Shown here: positions 34,510-39,786 of the stretch, in pieces
Position numbering within the stretch: position 1 is the stretch's first letter
Layout of the letters: each line of letters begins with the position of its first letter
Assembly (NCBI GenBank): GCA_963659595.1
Contig: CAVKUX010000002.1
Coordinates: 1 to 39,786 of the forward strand
Source: Anaeroplasmataceae bacterium
GTDB lineage: Bacteria > Bacillota > Clostridia > Christensenellales > CAG-917
Length of the DNA stretch: 39,786 nucleotides
Direction: 5' to 3'
The notes under the pieces: generated by a model
Databases searched by the model: none
What the model saw: the letters and a program-made list of their open reading frames with translations, nothing else
Told to the model about the DNA's origin: nothing
Program-made: the position numbers and the translations under genes

Positions 34510-34767
34510 TTATTTGGCTTTCTCGACTATTTCGACGAGTCTCCAGCACTTGTCCTTCGAAAGAGGACGAGTCTCTTGGATGAGCACCTTGTCGCCAATG
34601 CCGCAAGCGTTGTTTTCGTCGTGCGCTTTGAACTTCTTGGTGCGGTTTACGATTTTCTTGTAGAGGGGATGTTTTACACGTTCGCTGACTGCGACGACGA
34701 TGGTTTTGTCCATCTTATCGCTCACGACGATACCCACTCTTTCTTTTCTCAAATTTCTTTCTTCCAT
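34510..34767 (-). CDS. rpsQ: 30S ribosomal protein S17
   Basis: [17 protein letters not shown]...HPLYKK...AHDENN...GD.V.I.E.RPLSK.K.W.L. Confidence 0.97.
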   Translation of the reverse strand: MEERNLRKERVGIVVSDKMDKTIVVAVSERVKHPLYKKIVNRTKKFKAHDENNACGIGDKVLIQETRPLSKDKCWRLVEIVEKAK

Positions 34768-34779
34768 ACGTTCCTCCGA

Positions 34780-34995
34780 TTAGCCCTTTGCCTCGTCTTT
34801 TGCGCGAGCAATTTCTCTTTGACGGATGACAGTCTTGATACGGGCAATGTCGCGACGCGTTTCAACGATAACCATAGGGTTGGTCAGTTGATTCGTGGCG
34901 TTTTTGAAGCGAAGGAAAAACAATTCCGACTTCAATTCGTTGAGTTTGGTTTGCAACTCTTTATCTGTCATTTCCAAAACTTGTTTCGATTTCAT
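34780..34995 (-). CDS. rpmC: 50S ribosomal protein L29
   Basis: [23 protein letters not shown] is present. The gene lies between rplP and rpsQ. Confidence 0.95.
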   Translation of the reverse strand: MKSKQVLEMTDKELQTKLNELKSELFFLRFKNATNQLTNPMVIVETRRDIARIKTVIRQREIARAKDEAKG

Positions 34996-35429
34996 TGTTC
35001 ACCGCCTTCGGCACCGTTCACGTCCTCTGCTCTGACAAACTTGCACTTGACGGGAAGTTTGTTTGCTGCAAGACGGAGTGCCTCTTTTGCTACTGCTTCG
35101 TCGATGCCTGCGATTTCAAACATCACACGGCCCGGCTTGACGACCGCTACCCAGTATTCGGGAGAACCTTTACCTGAACCCATACGAGTTTCGGCAGGTT
35201 TCTTTGTCACGGGTTTGTGAGGGAAAATATCCACCCAGACTTGTCCGCCACGACGGATGTATCTCGTCATAGCGACACGCGCTGCTTCGATTTGGTTGGA
35301 GGTAATCCAGCCCGGCTCTGTCGAAACAAGACCGTATTCGCCGTATGCGACGATGTTGCCCTTGTTTGCTTTGCCTTTCATTCTGCCACGCATTTGGCGA
35401 CGTCTTTTGACGCGTTTAGGCATTAACAT
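34992..35429 (-). CDS. rplP: 50S ribosomal protein L16
   Basis: [19 protein letters not shown]... Confidence 0.97.
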   Translation of the reverse strand: MLMPKRVKRRRQMRGRMKGKANKGNIVAYGEYGLVSTEPGWITSNQIEAARVAMTRYIRRGGQVWVDIFPHKPVTKKPAETRMGSGKGSPEYWVAVVKPGRVMFEIAGIDEAVAKEALRLAANKLPVKCKFVRAEDVNGAEGGEQ

Positions 35430-36091
35430 TATTGATTTCCTCCTTCAAGTGGATTTTTGCCAAGGATTTCGCCCTTGTAGATCCAGCATTTGACGCCGAT
35501 TGCGCCGAATGTGGTGTTTGCGGTTGCTACGCCGTAATCGATGTCGGCACGAAGGGTTTGAAGCGGGATAGAACCTTCGCGGTATTGTTCGCTTCTTGCG
35601 ATTTCAGCACCGTCGAGTCTGCCGCTGACCATCGTCTTGACGCCCTTTGCGCCCGCTTTCATAGCCTTGGACATTGCTTGTTTCATTGCGCGACGGAAGG
35701 AAGCACGTCCTTCGAGTTGTTTTGCAATGCCTTCTGCAACGAGTTGAGCGTCTGCATCGGGATGTTTGACTTCCATAATGTTGATGCTCACTTTCTTGTC
35801 GCCGGAAATGAGTTTTTCAACTTCTTTCTTGATTTCTTCAACGCCTGCGCCTGCTTTGCCGATGAGGACTGCGGGGCGTGCGGTGTAGATTGCGACTACG
35901 AGTTTATCTGCCGCTCTTTCGAGCACGATTTTTGAAATTGCTGTATCGTAGTATTTCTTTTTGATGAATTTGCGGACTTTATTGTCTTCGACGATGTTGT
36001 CTGCAAAGTGCGCCTTGTCGGCATACCATTTAGAACTCCACGATTTGATGACGCCTGTACGAAGACCGTTCGGATCGACTTTTTGTCCCAT
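35429..36091 (-). CDS. rpsC: 30S ribosomal protein S3
   Basis: [24 protein letters not shown]... Confidence 0.97.
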   Translation of the reverse strand: MGQKVDPNGLRTGVIKSWSSKWYADKAHFADNIVEDNKVRKFIKKKYYDTAISKIVLERAADKLVVAIYTARPAVLIGKAGAGVEEIKKEVEKLISGDKKVSINIMEVKHPDADAQLVAEGIAKQLEGRASFRRAMKQAMSKAMKAGAKGVKTMVSGRLDGAEIARSEQYREGSIPLQTLRADIDYGVATANTTFGAIGVKCWIYKGEILGKNPLEGGNQ

Positions 36092-36106
36092 TGTGTATAC
36101 CTCCTA

Positions 36107-36496
36107 TTACGCTTTCACCGTGTCAAGAATGACCGTGATATGACTTGTTCTCTTGTTGATACGATACGCTCTGCCCTTGGACACCGCTTGGATACGCTTG
36201 AGGGTCGGACCTTCGTTTGCGTAGCACTCTGCGATATACATATCGTTTCTTGCGAGATTTTGATTGTTTTCGCCGTTTGCCGCCGCGCTGTTAACCAACT
36301 TGATAAGGGGTTCGCTTGCAGCCTTGGGCGTGTTTTCCAAAATAGCGATTGCTTCCGTTACCGATTTGCCTCTGATGATGTCGAGAACGATGCGGACCTT
36401 GAAGGGAGAGATTCTGACGAATTTAGCCGTTGCACAAGGTCTTGTATCCGCTTTTGCTTGACGATCCAAGGCTTTTTGTTTACTTCTTGTTGCCAT
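36107..36496 (-). CDS. rplV: 50S ribosomal protein L22
   Basis: ATAKFVRISPFKVRIVLDIIRGKSV...GPTLKRIQAVSKGRAYRINKRTSHITV. Confidence 0.97.
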   Translation of the reverse strand: MATRSKQKALDRQAKADTRPCATAKFVRISPFKVRIVLDIIRGKSVTEAIAILENTPKAASEPLIKLVNSAAANGENNQNLARNDMYIAECYANEGPTLKRIQAVSKGRAYRINKRTSHITVILDTVKA

Positions 36497-36508
36497 ATCT
36501 TCCTCCTA

Positions 36509-36781
36509 TTACTTCGTGGTCTTTGCGCCCGCGTGACCTCTGAACGTACGCGTGGGAGCAAATTCTCCGAGTTTGCAACCGACCATATCTTCCGTGATGT
36601 ATACGGGGACGTGTTGCTTACCGTTGTGAACTGCGATTGTGTGACCGACCATTTCGGGGAAAATCGTGGAACTTCTGGACCAAGTTTTGACGGATTGACG
36701 TTCACCGGATGCGTTCATCGCATTGATTCTGTTCATAAGGCGTTCTTCTACATAAGGGCCTTTTTTAACACTTCTACTCAT
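36509..36781 (-). CDS. rpsS: 30S ribosomal protein S19
   Basis: [15 protein letters not shown]...[38 protein letters not shown]. Confidence 0.97.
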   Translation of the reverse strand: MSRSVKKGPYVEERLMNRINAMNASGERQSVKTWSRSSTIFPEMVGHTIAVHNGKQHVPVYITEDMVGCKLGEFAPTRTFRGHAGAKTTK

Positions 36782-36793
36782 TTTGTCCTCCGA

Positions 36794-37621
36794 TTAGTTC
36801 ACACGCTTAATAATGAACTTATTAGATTTGTTCTTCTTCTTTCTGGTCTTATAACCGAGAGCAGGTTTACCCCAAGGAGTAACAGGTGAAGGCATACCGA
36901 CGGGTGACTTGCCTTCGCCGCCGCCGTGCGGGTGGTCGTTCGGGTTCATAACGACACCGCGAACAGTCGGACGCACGCCCATATGGCGGGTCTTACCGGC
37001 TTTGCCGACGCGCACGATTTCGTGATCGATGTTGCCGACTTGACCGACCGTCGCTCTACAGTTGATGAGAACGTATCTCATTTCGCCGCTGGGCATACGC
37101 ACGATTGCGTATTTACCTTCTTTTGCCATAAGTTGCGCCGCGTTGCCTGCCGCTCTTGCGATGATTCCGCCGTTGCCCGGTTGAAGCTCGATGTTGTGAA
37201 TCATAGTACCGACGGGGATTGCGGAAAGAGGAAGTGCGTTGCCGACTTTGATGTCTGCGTGCTCGCCGCTTTCGAGAACGTCGCCGACGTTGAGTCCCAA
37301 AGGTGCGAGGATGTATTTCTTTTCGCCGTCGGCATAGTGCAAAAGCGCGATGTTTGCCGAGCGGTTGGGGTCGTATTCGATGGAAGCGACTTTTGCGGGG
37401 ATACCGTCTTTGTTGCGCTTGTAGTCGATGATACGATATTTGTTTCTGTTGCCGCCGCCGATGTGACGAACGGTGATTCTGCCCATAGAGTTTCTGCCGC
37501 CGCTCTTATTGAGTGACACCAAGAGTGAACGCTCGGGCGTTGTGCTTGTGATCTCCTCGTATGCAGACACCGTCATAAAACGACGTGCAGGAGACGTTGG
37601 TTTATATTTCTTAATAGCCAT
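36794..37621 (-). CDS. rplB: 50S ribosomal protein L2
   Basis: [18 protein letters not shown]...[18 protein letters not shown]. Confidence 0.97.
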   Translation of the reverse strand: MAIKKYKPTSPARRFMTVSAYEEITSTTPERSLLVSLNKSGGRNSMGRITVRHIGGGNRNKYRIIDYKRNKDGIPAKVASIEYDPNRSANIALLHYADGEKKYILAPLGLNVGDVLESGEHADIKVGNALPLSAIPVGTMIHNIELQPGNGGIIARAAGNAAQLMAKEGKYAIVRMPSGEMRYVLINCRATVGQVGNIDHEIVRVGKAGKTRHMGVRPTVRGVVMNPNDHPHGGGEGKSPVGMPSPVTPWGKPALGYKTRKKKNKSNKFIIKRVN

Positions 37622-37635
37622 ATTCTTTACTCTCC

Positions 37636-37926
37636 TTATGCCAAGCTCTCGAAGAATTCGATTGCCTTACTGTCGTCGGTAAGAGTGACGATTGCTTTTT
37701 TGAATGCAGAGCGTCTGCCTTCGTTTCTGCCCATTCTCTTCACTTTGCCGTCGTAGTTGGACGTATTTACTTTGTCAACTTTCACTTGGAAGATTTGCTC
37801 GACCGCAGCCTTGATTTGCGTTTTGGTTGCGGATTTGACAACCTTGAACGTGTATCTCTTGTTTGCGATGCCGTCATAACTCTTTTCGGAAAGGATAGGC
37901 TCGATAATGATGTCGTATGCTGTCAT
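37636..37926 (-). CDS. rplW: 50S ribosomal protein L23
   Basis: [13 protein letters not shown]...[26 protein letters not shown]. Confidence 0.97.
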   Translation of the reverse strand: MTAYDIIIEPILSEKSYDGIANKRYTFKVVKSATKTQIKAAVEQIFQVKVDKVNTSNYDGKVKRMGRNEGRRSAFKKAIVTLTDDSKAIEFFESLA

Positions 37927-38543
37927 TGTGCTGCCTCCTCGAGTTTTTTAAGTGCGTCAACCGTGATGACGATGTTCTTCGTTGCGACTACGTCGTAAAC
38001 GCTGAGGGTTCTTGCTTCGCAAACTTCGACGGAAGGAATGTTCTTGCTGGCCTTGAGTGCGACTTGGTCGTACTCGTCGAGGACGAACATAACTTTGCCG
38101 TTGAGAGAGAGTGCCTTCACCGCTCCTGCAACGAGTTTGGTTTTTGCTTCTGCGAGTGTAAATTTGTCAAGAACGACCACTTCGTTTTGACGAATCTTTT
38201 CAGAAAGCGCGGAATAGAACGCGGCTGTCTTCATACTCTTGTTGATTTTTTGAGAGAAATCTCTGGGTTTCTTTGCGAACACCACGCCGCCGCCGACATA
38301 TTGGGGAGCAACAATGGAGCCTTGACGCGCACGACCCGTGCCTTTTTGACGATAAGGCTTGCAGCCGCCTCCGCGAACTTCCGTTCTGGTGAGCGCGCTC
38401 ATCGTGCCTTGACGTTTGTTTGCGAGTTGCGCAACGACCACTTGATGAATAAGTGCTTCGTTATAGTCGCGTGCAAAGATGGAATCGCTGATTTCTACCG
38501 TTCCGGCTTTTTTGCCTGCCATATTCAAAACGTTCAGTTTCAT
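37923..38543 (-). CDS. rplD: 50S ribosomal protein L4
   Basis: LTRTEVRGGGCKPYRQKGTGRARQGS is present. The gene lies in the conserved S10-operon position. Confidence 0.97.
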   Translation of the reverse strand: MKLNVLNMAGKKAGTVEISDSIFARDYNEALIHQVVVAQLANKRQGTMSALTRTEVRGGGCKPYRQKGTGRARQGSIVAPQYVGGGVVFAKKPRDFSQKINKSMKTAAFYSALSEKIRQNEVVVLDKFTLAEAKTKLVAGAVKALSLNGKVMFVLDEYDQVALKASKNIPSVEVCEARTLSVYDVVATKNIVITVDALKKLEEAAQ

Positions 38544-38556
38544 ATTCTACCTCCGC

Positions 38557-39192
38557 TTAACCCTTGATGGATTCCTTCACGACGACTACGCCGCCCTTCG
38601 GTCCGGGGATTGCACCCTTGATGAGAAGAAGATTTCTTGCTGCATCGACGCGTGCGACGGTAAGGTTTTGGACAGTAACCTTTTCGTGTCCCCATTGTCC
38701 TGCCATATGTTTGTTCTTGAACACTCTCGAGGGAGAGGAGCAAGCACCCATAGAACCGACGCTTCTGTGAATAGGACCGGTACCGTGAGTCATAGGACCG
38801 ATTCTGTGAGAGTTCCATCTTTGGATGACGCCCGAATAGCCGTGACCTTTGGAAGTGCCGGTAACGTCAACTTTATCGCCCTCTGTGAACATGTCGCAGG
38901 TCAGTTCCTGTCCGAGCGTGTAGCTCGCGCAGTTTGCGAAACGGAATTCACGAAGGTACTTCTTGACGGTTACGCCCGCTTTCTTGAAGTGTCCGACAAC
39001 CGGCTTGTTTACTCTTGTTTCCTTGACGGTGCCGAAGCCGACTTGAATCGCTTCGTATCCGTCGTTCTCTTTGGTCTTTATCTGCACGACCGGGCACGGA
39101 CCCGCTTCCACTACGGTTACGGGGATAACCTTGCCTTCTGCAGTAAAGATCTGGCTCATACCGATTTTTTTACCGATGATTGCTTTATCCAT
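38557..39192 (-). CDS. rplC: 50S ribosomal protein L3
   Basis: [31 protein letters not shown]...[15 protein letters not shown]. Confidence 0.97.
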   Translation of the reverse strand: MDKAIIGKKIGMSQIFTAEGKVIPVTVVEAGPCPVVQIKTKENDGYEAIQVGFGTVKETRVNKPVVGHFKKAGVTVKKYLREFRFANCASYTLGQELTCDMFTEGDKVDVTGTSKGHGYSGVIQRWNSHRIGPMTHGTGPIHRSVGSMGACSSPSRVFKNKHMAGQWGHEKVTVQNLTVARVDAARNLLLIKGAIPGPKGGVVVVKESIKG

Positions 39193-39218
39193 GTAAAGTT
39201 CATCCTCCTTTTATTTGC

Positions 39219-39527
39219 TTAGAGTTTAATCGAGATGTCCACGCCTGCGGGCAAATCGAGTTTCATCAAAGAATCGACCGTTTTGCTCGTGGGGTTGTAA
39301 ATATCGATCAAACGCTTGTGAGTTCTGAGTTCAAATTGTTCGCGGCTGTCTTTGTATTTGTGAGTAGCGCGCAAAATCGTGATGATTTCCTTCTCTGTGG
39401 GAAGAGGAATGGGACCGGAAACCTTCGTTCCCGTCTTCTTGACGGTCTCGACAATCTTTTCTGCGGAAAGATCGATAAGGTTGTGGTCGTAAGCCTTAAG
39501 TTTAATTCTGATCTTTTGTCCAGCCAT
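39219..39527 (-). CDS. rpsJ: 30S ribosomal protein S10
   Basis: [19 protein letters not shown]...GPIPLPT...[21 protein letters not shown]. Confidence 0.97.
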   Translation of the reverse strand: MAGQKIRIKLKAYDHNLIDLSAEKIVETVKKTGTKVSGPIPLPTEKEIITILRATHKYKDSREQFELRTHKRLIDIYNPTSKTVDSLMKLDLPAGVDISIKL

Positions 39528-39625
39528 TATTAGCCTCCTATATTACACTTGTCCGTGTGTGTCTTATATTTTTTACCCGCCGCAACTGCGACGGAAAATG
39601 CGTATCTCTTTCGACACGCTCGTTT

Positions 39626-39654
39626 AATATATAATTTTTGAAAATTAAAGTCAA
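39626..39654 (-). promoter_or_regulatory. Candidate S10-operon promoter
   Basis: The minus strand reads TTGACT (plus-strand AGTCAA, 39649-39654), a 17-nt spacer, then TATATT (plus-strand AATATA, 39626-39631). It lies about 95 nt upstream of rpsJ. The leader contains the hairpin CCGTCGCA..TGCGGCGG (plus strand, about 39579-39596). Confidence 0.45.
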
Positions 39655-39786
39655 GCAAAAATTTGCGAATTTATGAATATTTTTCAAACTTGTGTCCGAA
39701 AACTCCCAACAACCCCAAAATCTTGTATATATGGATTAATTTTGTTTAAAATAGAAGTAAATTATAAATATAATTGCGCGTGCCAC

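Noticed and set aside
23741-39533. Plus-strand ORFs across the ribosomal supercluster. Examples are 24617..25519, 25330..25983, 25980..26738, 27602..28369, 31579..32457, 36008..36889 and 38479..39222.
   Set aside because: They are antisense shadows of highly conserved ribosomal, rpoA, secY and map genes. There is no independent support.

Overview
About 39.8 kb of bacterial chromosome. Gene order and Shine-Dalgarno sites look Firmicutes/Clostridia-like, and nearly all genes are on the minus strand. There are four blocks.

(1) 143-7314: a complete type II-A CRISPR-Cas locus. It has 14 identical 36-bp repeats with 13 spacers, a leader, csn2, cas2, cas1 and cas9, plus a divergently transcribed tracrRNA.

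(2) 7315-8207: about 900 bp of AT-rich DNA with no credible ORF. It carries two separate arrays of short repeated motifs.

(3) 8208-23640: mixed housekeeping and accessory genes.
- An XRE regulator translationally coupled to an acidic repeat protein.
- A DAG-kinase-family lipid kinase.
- A heterodimeric ABC exporter pair.
- An Fe-alcohol dehydrogenase.
- A roughly 310-nt GC-rich structured non-coding island.
- gap.
- An OmpR-type response regulator with a histidine kinase of atypical architecture.
- A flavodoxin/4Fe-4S protein.
- A long SDR-family protein.
- A small membrane protein with a divergent XRE gene.
- A Phd/YefM plus zeta-like P-loop toxin-antitoxin pair.

(4) 23759-39660: the uninterrupted S10-spc-alpha ribosomal supercluster, from rpsJ through rplQ and including secY, adk, map, infA and rpoA.

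I cannot support a clearly new multi-gene system from the sequence alone. The items most worth a second look are:
- a 56-aa tandem duplication inside the Cas9 REC lobe;
- the consensus tracrRNA promoter embedded in the cas9 translation-initiation region;
- the two motif arrays next to the CRISPR locus;
- the unclassified structured RNA island at about 15.6-15.9 kb;
- the histidine kinase with C-terminal rather than N-terminal membrane helices.
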